DNA from: an uncultured Acidimicrobiia bacterium
GTDB taxonomy: Bacteria > Acidobacteriota > Terriglobia > Versatilivoradales > Versatilivoraceae
Reading direction: 5' to 3'
Assembly (NCBI GenBank): GCA_963786955.1
Contig: CAWBAT010000005.1
Location: forward strand, 1,504,001-1,568,000
Length of the DNA: 64,000 nt
Part shown: positions 50,096 to 60,483 of the stretch, one piece after another
Numbering within the stretch: position 1 is the first letter of the stretch
How the letters are laid out: each line of letters opens with the position of its first letter
The notes under the pieces: generated by a model
What the model saw: the letters and a program-made list of their open reading frames with translations, nothing else
Databases searched by the model: none
Told to the model about the DNA's origin: nothing
Program-made: the position numbers and the translations under genes

Positions 50096-50122
50096 AGAAA
50101 GCAGAAGGCAAAAAGCAGAAGC
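50096..50122. repeat. Degenerate 7-bp tandem repeat (aagcaga/aggcaaa type)
   Basis: agaaagcagaaggcaaaaagcagaagc; the same unit occurs at 25851 and, inverted, at 45761. Confidence 0.5.
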
Positions 50123-50181
50123 ATCCTTAATGCTTCATGCCGACCCAATGAATTTTGGTTTGTTATTCCGTGCTGCCAAGA

Positions 50182-52799
50182 CTATTCATGATTCAGTTCC
50201 AGAGCCATCATTTCCCACGGAGAAAGAGACAGGCCAATGTTTTTCGCCCCTTGTAGCTTTGGAGCCGGCTTGTCTGGAACAGGTTTCCCCTCGAAATCCA
50301 CTCTTCTGGCCGAGGTCGTGGGATCAGATAGAGTCAATGTTGAACTGCGTTTCTCAGCGGAAAAATTTGACAGCCAGAGAGTCGTTTGTTTCTGACCTCG
50401 ATCAATTCGAAAAATCGCGACAGCCGGATCGTCAGTGGAAACCAATGACCGCGAAATCTGTGAAGTCCCTTCAGCTAGCTCCGCCACCGCCCCTAACAGC
50501 GATTCGGCAAGAAGATAGCTTTCACTTGCTGAAAAAGAACTACCCGTCTTCAGGCTCCAACGCCAGCGAAAACTTCCTTTGTGAGTTTCCCGCGCAATCA
50601 TGTTCCTCAAGATAGTGCGACCCTGTTCATTCTTCTTGAAGAACTGTTGCGTGCCTGCATGTGCAAGAACTATAGCCTCCTTCGGGGTTTCAAGCCGGAC
50701 ATAGTGAAGAGCGGTGAACTGATCTTTGTCACTTTGTTCTTCCCCAAAAGGAAAGTCGCGATGGACCGTGACCGGCTCAAACGGCACTTCCAGTTCTGCA
50801 AGAGCGAGGTAGGCCATTTGTGGATAAGTGTGTAATTCAGTACAAATGTCAATTCGCTTGACCCCCCGATAAAGCCGGGCTCGAGCTTCGACCCAGGCCG
50901 CTGGGTACTCCGTGGTTGCAAGGGTCAAGATGCCACCTTTCGCAAAAAGGGAGTGACAAAGTGGGCCACTTGCTTCCACGGAAGTGTTGTATGTGATTTC
51001 TCCGAAAGTCTTGGCGCGGAAGTTTTCTCCAGTATTTGGTGCTGGCCACAACGTTTCATTCACTCGTCGAATCTCACCCGAGAACGGTCGGAACAGAAGA
51101 GTCTGACCGGACTGAAGGTCTCGTATGGAGAACGCGGAGTCCTTGGACTCCCACCGAACTGTATAGAATTCATTAGTGATCTCCTTGGACTTAGGTGATT
51201 GTCCTGGAGCCGCGTGGGGCTTTTGCGTGAGGCGAAATGTCTTTAAACCGTAGGGGGGAAGGGCAGCGAGAATCGCAAACTTCGGGTTTTCGTTAAGATA
51301 CGAAGGTTCGATTCTTTGCACCTCCAGTTCCTGGCTCCCACCATGACAACTGAAGGTTGACTTTGCGTCCAGGGGCGCTTCAAACACGATCGGTTGTTTG
51401 TCTTGCTGAGCTGTTGGATTTTGGCAGACCAAAATTTGTTCACTTTTTCCACCAGATGAAGGGAGCAGACTGGAATAGATGGTCCTGCGGACATCGGCCA
51501 CCTCAGCATCAATCTCCCGGTAAATCATGGCGGCAACTTCCAACATGCTGGTGTTCACTTTCTTGTACTGCATGGGGTAGTCAGCCACAATGAAGAAGTC
51601 ATGGTTTTGGGTGACCATGAGTTTTTTCCAGAGATCTTCGACCTTCTTGTTCAAGTTCGGATGGGGAGCGATCGACAGGAGTTGCTCCAGTGCTTTCAGT
51701 TTGGCTTCAAGGCGGCGATCTTCTTTCATGAGAAAATCGCCCTGGAAACCCCATCCTCCCATTTTCTCCCACAGCATGCCCTGGTTCTGAGGCCACCCGA
51801 ATGTAAAAGTGGCGTCATCGAGACGGATGTATTCCGACGGAAATTGCTCGCCGGGCTTGCACCGCTGATTCATGTATTCACTGATACCAACGAGCTGAAC
51901 TCCTTCGGCTTGGAGCGCCTGAATTCCTTTTTCGTAGGCCAAATAACTGCCCCCCAGTCCAAGCCTGGCGGCCATACTTCCGCCCAGAGGGTGAGCAGAG
52001 GTGTGTTGAACTGCCGTGCGGGACCTAACTCTTTTTCGAACGTCTGATTCTGTTTCAGGAGCGAGATCATTAATTCGTTATTCGGGATTGTATCGATTGA
52101 CGTGCCGTCGAGGCCGCGCCACTGTACGACAGGTTCGCGGATTTCACGGGTTGTGCCGTTATTGTGGCTTTGTAGGGAGGCATGACGAAACCCCGAGAGT
52201 TTCAAAAGTTGCGGCATCTGGGGATGGAAGATGATCTCCTCAACCAGAAAAAGGTCAACTTCTTTACTGAAGACGTTGCGGACTACCGCACGGCCTTCCA
52301 CCAGTTGCCGTACATTGGATTGCCATCCGACCAGCTGCGAATAGGGCTGGGTGTAAGTGCCTCCGACTATGTCGATCCGCCCCTGGTTCACGTACTTTTG
52401 CATTTTGTTCCGAACGAATTCCGGATCCTCTTCAAAGATTGTTTCATAGGCATAGGAGTCAAATTCAAGACAGATCGCGGCTGAGGGCCAGCGGTCCAGA
52501 GCATCCATGGTTTTCTGAATCGAATAGAAAATGGAGTAAGCTTGGTTGTAGCGCTTTCCGGCAACGTCTCCTTCACGGAATAAAAAGCCCACACCGGAAT
52601 GGTGCCAATGGTTCACAATCGCCAGGTAGATCGGACCGTTTGAAGAATCAACCTTTTGAAGAAAACCGGCTGCAGGGGTGACCAGAGCGGCCTTCATGAA
52701 ATCTCTCCGACTGATAGAGTACAGATTATAGTCCGACGGTGGTACGACTGGAGAGGCTTGTGCATCTCGCTGGGCATGGCAGGAAAATTTGTAGAGCAT
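50182..52799 (-). CDS. GH38 (alpha-mannosidase-like) glycoside hydrolase with Tat signal, split by a 1-nt frameshift at ~51950
   Basis: SRRDFMK Tat motif, NHWH, RIDIVGGTYTQP, RQLVEG, FHPQMPQLL..GF in 51870..52799; QNHD and beta-sandwich region in 50182..51975. One extra G in the G6 run joins them into 872 aa. Confidence 0.7.
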
Positions 52800-53241
52800 G
52801 TTGTCTCCTAGCCCGAAGGCTGATAAAGGAGGGATCGTGTAGTAGTAGAATTGAGAAAAGTTTCTTTACTATTCGACGATTCTGATCCCTCTCAATCTTC
52901 GCCTTAGCAAATGAAATCAGAGAGGGTTGAGCAACGAAAACAGATGGTTTCGCATGAAGTCGCCGAAGATCGGGAAACCCTTTAGAAGCTATGCCGGGAC
53001 TGAATCCTTCGGTACCTGTATCATACCTTTATGCCCAACCCCGAGACCCTGAATATTTTACAACCCACAAATCTTTGCGGCAAACAACAATGAATGCTTC
53101 AGCATCTGTTGCTCTCTGAAGGCAGTGAACACTGGTATTCCAACTCATCGATGAATCTCTACACTAGGCAGGATAATGAAGGAAGAGAAGGGTCCAAAAG
53201 TGATTCACTTTCATACCAAAGAGGCTTTGGCGAACGACAAG

Positions 53242-53913
53242 CTAGAGGATGTTGACCGCCCGCCCCGCTAACAAGGCAATCACGGTCAAAGAAATGAGAG
53301 ATTGCAACATCATGAGGAGCTTTGCCCAACGGGTAAGCACTGGTGAATCGGTGGGGGAAAAGGCCGTGCTCGTATTAAAGGCGAGGAACAGGTAGTCGAC
53401 AAAGTTGGGGGACCAGTCCTCCTGTTCCGCGCCACTCCTTGCCTGGGGAGGAAGTGTCATTTGTGGAAACAAGAACGCACCTTCAGGATGGCCTCGCCGT
53501 TGATCGCGCCCGTGTGGGCCGCCTGCATCAAGCCGCCAGTACCAGAGCGCAAAGACCAGGATATTCGTGACCCACAGAGATGCGGCAGATAACAACAGCT
53601 CGGCCGGGGTTTCCTTGTGCGCAGGCAATGCGTCGATCAGCAGGACCACCGAGACAATCAAGCCCAAGGTCACCGCGCCGGTGGCGGCAAAGCCGACTAC
53701 ACGATTGAGCTGATGATGTTTCTTGGCATGTGAAATGACGGTTGGCACCAACAGGGCAAGAATAATTGCTGGAAAAACCCAACGAGGGCCAAGCAACAGA
53801 TAGGAAGGAAGCGCCGTGTGCAACCCCCCCACGGCCAACACCGCGATCCAGGCTGGCCAGCGCGGCTCCGGGTCCAACCGATCGAATGTCTCAATTGAGT
53901 TCGTGTTGTTCAT
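53242..53913 (-). CDS. DUF1345-like membrane protein
   Basis: EPRWPA, FALWYWRLDAGGP, FLFPQM, FVDYLFLAFNTSTAFSPTD, WAKLLMMLQS, RAVNIL. Confidence 0.8.
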   Translation of the reverse strand: MNNTNSIETFDRLDPEPRWPAWIAVLAVGGLHTALPSYLLLGPRWVFPAIILALLVPTVISHAKKHHQLNRVVGFAATGAVTLGLIVSVVLLIDALPAHKETPAELLLSAASLWVTNILVFALWYWRLDAGGPHGRDQRRGHPEGAFLFPQMTLPPQARSGAEQEDWSPNFVDYLFLAFNTSTAFSPTDSPVLTRWAKLLMMLQSLISLTVIALLAGRAVNIL

Positions 53914-54421
53914 CCTACTCCGAGTGCCTTCCCGCTTTTTCAGGTGTTTTCAATGGGTGTGGATTAGACTGAACCTCTTATTGTCGAAACCCTCGAATCC
54001 ATAAAAACACCCTCAAATAAGGGCGAGGCGAATCTTCCAACCGGCTCAATAAGCCCATTTTAGCACTGAAAGGCTCGAAGGCTGGGCCGTGTTTTTTGTC
54101 CCGACAACATGCTCTAGCCAACCAAGCAGCTTGCTCTGGTAGCTCCGTAAGGCTGGGTCATCGTCCCAGCCTCCATGTCCTCCATGCCCTACCGTAATGA
54201 TTTCACATTGCGCCCCGGCCCGTGAACATCATATTCGAACCATTGCTTTTTAGAACCCGCTGCTAAGACTCAATGCAGACGAGCATCGAAGCACCACTTA
54301 GAATCCTTTTTCCGCCTTTCAACCGGATGGACATAGTCGTGAGTATTCGAAACAATCCTTGACCCCGGCTGGTCTAATTGCTAGGTTTTCGACTCCACTC
54401 TATTGTGCGGACAAAATAATC

Positions 54422-55936
54422 ATGAAATCACGACTCCCCTTGGTTTTGCTCATCGTTGTTGGCTTAGTTTGCCCTGCGGCTGATACCTCTTCCCAGAGCT
54501 TGCCTCGCAGCAGCCCCGAGAAACAGGGGATCTCTTCAACTGCAATTCTCGCTTTTGTCGAGGCCGCTGATACAGAGGTCAACACGATGAACAGCTTCAT
54601 GTTGGTGCGCCACGGCACCGTTGTGGCCGAGGGTTGGTGGGCGCCTTATGATGCAAAAAGTCCGCACATGCTGTTCTCACTGAGCAAGAGCTTTACGTCT
54701 ACCGCCGTGGGATTGGCGATCACAGACGGGAAGCTCAGCCTCGACGACGAAGTCTTAAAGTTCTTCCCCGAGGACGCGCCTGCCGAACCCGGTGCCAACT
54801 TGAAAGCAATGCGGATACGCGACTTACTCTGTATGTCCACCGGAGACCAAACCGAACCGACCCTCGCTGCAAACGAGCCTTGGACAAAGACCTTCCTCGC
54901 GCACCCCGTTCCATTTAAGCCAGGTACACACTTCCTCTACAATACACCGGCCAGTTACATGCTTTCGGCCATCGTTCAAAAAGTGACCGGAATGACGGTA
55001 CTCGATTTCCTGCGGCCACGGCTGTTCGAACCCTTGGGAATAGAGAAACCCACTTGGGATACGAGTCCGCAAGGAATCTCTCTGGGCGGGTATGGCCTGA
55101 GCGTACGCACGGAAGATATTGCTCGCTTCGGACAACTCTACCTTCAAAAAGGTGAATGGAAGGGGCGGCAATTGGTGCCAGCAGCCTGGATCGCTGCGGC
55201 CACGATGCGCCAGACGTCCAATGGCAGCAACCCGAAGAGTGACTGGGATCAAGGTTATGGTTACCAATTCTGGCGCTGCCGGTATGGACAGTATCGCGGC
55301 GATGGGGCGTTTGGACAATTTTGCGTTGTCCTGCCCGACCTCGATGCTGTTGTGGCGATCACAGGCGGTTACCGCAATATGCAATCGGTATTGGATCTCG
55401 TTTGGGAGAAACTTCTACCTGCCATGGAGACATCTTCGTTGCCAGCCAATGGTGAGGCCAACGAAAAGCTCTTGAAGAAGTTGGCAAGCCTGACGGTGCG
55501 TGCACCCTCCGGGCATTCTATGCCTCCACTCGCTGCTGCTCGATCGGGCAAGACCTATGGTTTCCCGGCAAACGATCGGCATCTTGAGGCCTTGTCATTT
55601 GAGTTTAAGCCCGACGGAGCGACACTCATGATCCGCACTTCCAGCGGCGAGAGTCGAATTGCATGCGGGAACGGCTCCTGGAAAAAGGGACGATCTTCCT
55701 TTGTGAATGGGCTCGATAATCGCATGGTGCTGCCATCTATCCATCCGGTTGCTGCCAGCGGCGCCTGGACCGCAGACGATATCTATACCGTAAAGCTTTG
55801 CCTATACGAGACGCCGTTCTACACCACGTTTAGTTTCCGATTCAATGGTGAACAAGTCGTGTTTGATTCCGAATACAACGTTGCATTTACTCCGACGCCG
55901 ACGACTCTCCCACAACTGACCGGCCACGTACCGTAA
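54422..55936 (+). CDS. Secreted serine hydrolase (beta-lactamase class C/AmpC-like family)
   Basis: Signal peptide, SxxK (SLSK), YNT, IARFGQLYL, YGYQFW, GAFGQ. Confidence 0.88.
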   Translation: MKSRLPLVLLIVVGLVCPAADTSSQSLPRSSPEKQGISSTAILAFVEAADTEVNTMNSFMLVRHGTVVAEGWWAPYDAKSPHMLFSLSKSFTSTAVGLAITDGKLSLDDEVLKFFPEDAPAEPGANLKAMRIRDLLCMSTGDQTEPTLAANEPWTKTFLAHPVPFKPGTHFLYNTPASYMLSAIVQKVTGMTVLDFLRPRLFEPLGIEKPTWDTSPQGISLGGYGLSVRTEDIARFGQLYLQKGEWKGRQLVPAAWIAAATMRQTSNGSNPKSDWDQGYGYQFWRCRYGQYRGDGAFGQFCVVLPDLDAVVAITGGYRNMQSVLDLVWEKLLPAMETSSLPANGEANEKLLKKLASLTVRAPSGHSMPPLAAARSGKTYGFPANDRHLEALSFEFKPDGATLMIRTSSGESRIACGNGSWKKGRSSFVNGLDNRMVLPSIHPVAASGAWTADDIYTVKLCLYETPFYTTFSFRFNGEQVVFDSEYNVAFTPTPTTLPQLTGHVP

Positions 55937-55937
55937 A

Positions 55938-57548
55938 TTAGGTAATTGAATCGCGGGCCGGCCCGCATTCGAGCAATTCATCCGAGGGACGACCATCGCA
56001 ATCCGGCAAGTCCACACCCAGGTACCTGGCAAGCGTTGGTGCCAGATCGAGCAGGGAAATCTCATTGGTGAGCGCGCCAGGACGTATCATAGGGCCGGCT
56101 GCGACGAATAACCCAAACTGCCGGTGCTCGCCAGTACGGCAATACTCATTGGCGCCTTCGATGACTCCAATCTTGGGGGAACTGGCGCGGACGAAGGCAC
56201 CGGCACCCTTCCCAACCGACGTGCTTCCAGTCGGCACTTCATCGCTCCACTCCACTAAGAGATCCGGGAGATGATCGAGGTGCTGGCCAGTATAGAGGTC
56301 CGCTGTTCGAAGAATGCGCTTTATTAGAGGCCTGGAGGTGCGTTCGTCCGTGATGTTCAGTAGATTTGCCGTCAATTCGTCAGAAAATGCCTTCGCCTCC
56401 TGCCCGGGCTTGAGAATTCCCTGGGGCTCTCGACCCATCAAATTCAGCCGGATCCCACCGACTGCTAGCCCATTGTTGACGGCAAAGCAGAGGCTCGTGG
56501 CCGTATCGACTCCTATCGTGGGAAGGTCTGCCCGGCCCCTGGAACGCAACTGCTCCAGGAGAGGTGCCATCCCTTTTCGAATTGGCGCTGGGAAGCGCCT
56601 CCAAATCCAGCGCCCTCCCGTGAGTGCCGTGGAAAAAATTCCATTGGGAGGGGGTGTGGCAGGGAGCGGTCGGGTTACGCCGAGCCGGAATAATGTCTCG
56701 CGAAGTAAAAACTGAGCGCCATACCAATAAGACATACCATGCGCCACGAGCAGCACGACTAGAGCGTTTTCGGCTTCATCCACCACCTCGCCAATAGCTC
56801 TGTCAATTGCTGTGTACACGAGACGCAGTGGGTCACCTACAGCCGCAACGATCGAGGGCTCGTGCGCCGGGTGATTCACATCATGTAAGTGCCAGCACTG
56901 ATGGCCGACACAATGAGATTCCGTAAACACCTGCATAAAGAAGTCCCAGTTGCCCTCTCTGAGGAAATGTCTGGTTAGCTCTGTTTTGGTGCGGACCCCT
57001 TGGACCAGTTGATTGGTAAATGCTTGATAGTCTCGAGGGGTCTGCCGCACGCCATCGCAAGACGGCCCTAGAGGATGGAGGCCGAAGCGAGAGCGAATGG
57101 TTTCAGCCAGCGGCGCTGGCCAGGTTTTGAATCCATAAACAGAGTCATGGCCACCCCACTCCACCACTTGAATCCCATTGAGGGACGAGTCAATGCAGGT
57201 GAGTGGGACATCCAGAATGGCCACGCGCCGTCCGGCTTGGCTGAGGTGTCTCCAAATTGGAACCCCGCCGACGATCCCATCTTCGGCGGGACGATAGAAG
57301 TCATACGTGCCCGGCTTGAGCTGAAAGAGGTAGTGAAAACCGTGCCGGGCAGGAGAGAGACCAGTATAGAAAGAGGGCCAGGTTGAACCGACAAAAAAGC
57401 CCTCCACACCCCGGATCTTCCCGACCCGACCACGGGCCATCAACGAGCGGATGGCGGGGAGGGTTCCGTCTTCCGCCCACTGCTGGAGCAACAGGGGATT
57501 TGCTGCATCGATGCCGAGCACGAGGACTTTTGTTGGATTTTTCAACAT
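55938..57548 (-). CDS. Alkaline-phosphatase superfamily / type I phosphodiesterase-like protein
   Basis: VLVLGIDAA, WPSFYTG..HG, ESHCVGHQCWH, IDRAIG, AHG, PDLLV, TGEH, DLAPT. Start taken at 57548, 5 nt after the GT2 stop. Confidence 0.8.
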   Translation of the reverse strand: MLKNPTKVLVLGIDAANPLLLQQWAEDGTLPAIRSLMARGRVGKIRGVEGFFVGSTWPSFYTGLSPARHGFHYLFQLKPGTYDFYRPAEDGIVGGVPIWRHLSQAGRRVAILDVPLTCIDSSLNGIQVVEWGGHDSVYGFKTWPAPLAETIRSRFGLHPLGPSCDGVRQTPRDYQAFTNQLVQGVRTKTELTRHFLREGNWDFFMQVFTESHCVGHQCWHLHDVNHPAHEPSIVAAVGDPLRLVYTAIDRAIGEVVDEAENALVVLLVAHGMSYWYGAQFLLRETLFRLGVTRPLPATPPPNGIFSTALTGGRWIWRRFPAPIRKGMAPLLEQLRSRGRADLPTIGVDTATSLCFAVNNGLAVGGIRLNLMGREPQGILKPGQEAKAFSDELTANLLNITDERTSRPLIKRILRTADLYTGQHLDHLPDLLVEWSDEVPTGSTSVGKGAGAFVRASSPKIGVIEGANEYCRTGEHRQFGLFVAAGPMIRPGALTNEISLLDLAPTLARYLGVDLPDCDGRPSDELLECGPARDSIT

Positions 57549-57553
57549 GCCAT

Positions 57554-58444
57554 TCAGGATCGGAGGAGCGCTGAGAATAACTTCCGGGTGAAAGGGAGGT
57601 AGCGCCAGCCTCCAGGCTGACGGAGAGACTGAAGATGCCAGCTCCAAGCCCCCTTTCGATTACCCTCCCTTAGATGCAAGTCGGCTCCAATATGGTAGGC
57701 GCCTGCTAGTTTAGACTGGAAATGAACTCGCACGTCTTCCGGCAGATCAAGCTCCAGGATACGGCGCAACGCGGCTTCTTCACCCAGTGCGTAACCCCGA
57801 GACTTGGATTCTGAAAACGGTGTGTCCGCATGCCATACGACAGTAGGATGGTCGAGAAACTTGATCCGATAAATCGTTGCGAGCTGCAGTGCGAAGTAAG
57901 TGCACTCTCGATATCTGGGCATGCCATCAAAAAGTTCAGGTCCAACCGTTCCCGTCCGGCATAGCCATGAACCCGGCAATAACCAATTGCCGTGAAACAA
58001 AGCCCGCAAGGGGTCTTGCTCAACCATCGCAATATGATTGATGTGCAGTTTATCGCCATCCGAGCCACGCCTGAAGCCGTTGGTGATGACCGCGTCGAGA
58101 TCCGGTAACTCTTCGAGCGCTTGAACCCGCACCATCAGTGCCTGAGGGAGCATGAAGTCATCATCATCCAGCTCGGCAAAATATTCCGAATCAACTTTCT
58201 TCCGTCCGGTGCGTAGGGCCGTGGGAAGGTCCGCCTCTTCGAGCTGGATGACTCGAAGGCGACGATCTGCACTGAGCCGCCGAGTGAACTCCGGATCACC
58301 GTCCGGTCCATTGATGACGACGAGCGGGACAACGCGGACAGCCTCTTGAGTTAAAACGCTCTCAAGAGCTCGCTCAAGCAGCGGGATTCGGTGGCGCAGA
58401 GCCCGCGTAGGCATGATGACCGAAACTGTACAAGACTCCGACAA
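57554..58444 (-). CDS. Glycosyltransferase family 2
   Basis: VSVIMPT, ALESVLTQ, AELDDDD (DxD), helical C-terminal tail. Confidence 0.85.
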   Translation of the reverse strand: MSESCTVSVIMPTRALRHRIPLLERALESVLTQEAVRVVPLVVINGPDGDPEFTRRLSADRRLRVIQLEEADLPTALRTGRKKVDSEYFAELDDDDFMLPQALMVRVQALEELPDLDAVITNGFRRGSDGDKLHINHIAMVEQDPLRALFHGNWLLPGSWLCRTGTVGPELFDGMPRYRECTYFALQLATIYRIKFLDHPTVVWHADTPFSESKSRGYALGEEAALRRILELDLPEDVRVHFQSKLAGAYHIGADLHLREGNRKGAWSWHLQSLRQPGGWRYLPFTRKLFSALLRS

Positions 58445-58868
58445 TACTAGCTCCCTCCGCCCTTGGTGGTTTGGCCCGGGTCATTCCCAAAGTGAATGGA
58501 GTCTATCCCTGAATCGTTCTGCACGGCTAGGAAGAAATCCTTTCCATTGAAAAGTGGGTCTCGATGAAAAAAATGGCCTTCTCTTGGTATCAATGCGGTA
58601 TTCACTTGCTATGCTCTGAGTCGACGCCTCGCTCAGTTCCCTCTGGCTCTTACCCATTTCCGGCGGCATGGTACAATTCCACCAGATCTTCCTTATTTGT
58701 TTCGGCTCGATCTACCCTGAGCTTCACAACAGAAGAAAGAGGATCCGCATAGGACTATTGCTCATCACCTGAAAGCCAAGGATAACGATATTCAACTGTG
58801 ACATTGGGAGTGGAAGGAATAGCGATGGAGTTGGACGCGCAAAGATATCAGGCGGGGCAATACTTAAA

Positions 58869-60359
58869 GTGGATATTTGCGTGGTTGGAGCCGGGCCTGC
58901 AGGAATGGTGTTGGCGCGCGAGTTGATTGGGCACAAGGTTGAGGTCTTGGTACTTGAGAGTGGGGGGTTAGAATCGGAGGAGTACATCCAAGAACTCAAT
59001 GAAGGTGCAGTGATTGGTGATCCCTATGTCGGCCTGCGTCAGAGCCGTCATCGGCGGGCGGGCGGTACGGTGGCCTTGTGGAATACGCCCGTGGGCAAGG
59101 GAGTCGGCGCCAAGTATGTGCCACTCGATCCTTGTGATTTTGAAGCAAGAGAGGATCTTCCGCTCTGTGGTTGGCCGTTTGATTCTTCGCACCTGGAACC
59201 ATTTTACAGGCGTTCCCAGAAAATCTGTGAATTAGGTCCGTTCGCCTATGATGGAGAAGATTGGGCCGATAGGAATCATCCTAGCTTCCCACTGGACGGT
59301 GAGCACTTAACCACCAGGGTTTACCAGTTCGGGGTTGGCCGTGCCTTCTCATATTCGCTCTTGCGGGATATTCGGAGGAGCGAGAACATCTCGCTCTTCC
59401 ATCACGCCACCGTCTGCAGTCTCGAAACGCAAGCTGCCGGAAGGAGAATTAACCAGGCGAATGTGGCGTGTTTAGATGGAAGGCAGTTCCATGTGCAGGC
59501 GTCGATTGTTGTGCTTGCCGCGGGGGCGATCGAAAACGCGCGCATTCTGCTTCTATCAAGAGAGAATGGGGAGGAAGCCATAGGAAACAAGAATGGCTGG
59601 GTAGGGCGGTGCTTCATGGAGCACCCTCGAGATTATGCGCTCACTCTCGTTCCCCGTTCTCAAGATCTATTCAGCCAAGCTCTGTTTTATGATGTCCACC
59701 CAGCACAGGACGGCACGATTATTGGAGGACGGATTGCTCTCCGAGCCGACACGATCAAGGCGGCTCGATTGCCGAATGCATCCATCACGCTTTTCCCACG
59801 GGTGAAAACGCGAACGTCATTTCCTGGATTGACTACTCGCCTACTGGCTCCTCTGTGCCGATTCATGAAAAATCAGCCAACGAGCGGCTATGGGTGGTCG
59901 AATACTCGGGATCTCTCAATCGCCTTTGATGCTTTTGAGTTACTGGTGAATATCGAGCAGCGACCGAATCCTGAAAACCGGATTGTGCTTGCAAAGACTA
60001 AGGATTTCCTCGGTGTCCCCCAAGTTGAGCTGCATTGGTGTTGGCGCGAACAGGAGCAGGCCGACCTCCAACGATTGAGGAGGGTTCTGGCCTCGGAGTT
60101 AGAAGCAGCGCGACTCGGCCAAGTCCAAATCCACTCGGATCAGAGGCCTGATCCTAACGCTCATCACCATGCCGGAACCACTCGAATGCATGAGGACCCG
60201 CGTTTTGGTGTGGTTGACCCCGATGGCCGCGTTCATGGAGTCGACAACCTTTATGTCAGCGGGGCGTCGCTGTTCCCCAGCGCCGGATTCGCTAATCCGA
60301 CCCTCACGATCGTTGCCTTGGCACTAAGACTGGCCGATCATCTTAAACGGAGAGTCTGA
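58869..60359 (+). CDS. GMC-family FAD-dependent oxidoreductase (on + strand; ORF track mislabels it -)
   Basis: + strand reads gtg gat att tgc gtg gtt gga gcc ggg (VDICVVGAG) at 58869 and ends gtc tga at 60359. Motifs LESGG, AAGAIENAR, GRCFMEH, HHAGTTRM, ANPTLTI. True start is probably ATG 58825 with a 1-nt deletion. Confidence 0.92.
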   Translation: MDICVVGAGPAGMVLARELIGHKVEVLVLESGGLESEEYIQELNEGAVIGDPYVGLRQSRHRRAGGTVALWNTPVGKGVGAKYVPLDPCDFEAREDLPLCGWPFDSSHLEPFYRRSQKICELGPFAYDGEDWADRNHPSFPLDGEHLTTRVYQFGVGRAFSYSLLRDIRRSENISLFHHATVCSLETQAAGRRINQANVACLDGRQFHVQASIVVLAAGAIENARILLLSRENGEEAIGNKNGWVGRCFMEHPRDYALTLVPRSQDLFSQALFYDVHPAQDGTIIGGRIALRADTIKAARLPNASITLFPRVKTRTSFPGLTTRLLAPLCRFMKNQPTSGYGWSNTRDLSIAFDAFELLVNIEQRPNPENRIVLAKTKDFLGVPQVELHWCWREQEQADLQRLRRVLASELEAARLGQVQIHSDQRPDPNAHHHAGTTRMHEDPRFGVVDPDGRVHGVDNLYVSGASLFPSAGFANPTLTIVALALRLADHLKRRV

Positions 60360-60483
60360 GGACACTTTAGGTATGGACCGACCAAGTGAAGCGAAGCCAC
60401 TCAAGAGGCGGCTGATCAGGAGGTTCCGACTTGCTGTTAAAGCATGTGGAAATTCGTCTGTAGCAATCAAATGTAAATTAAGA

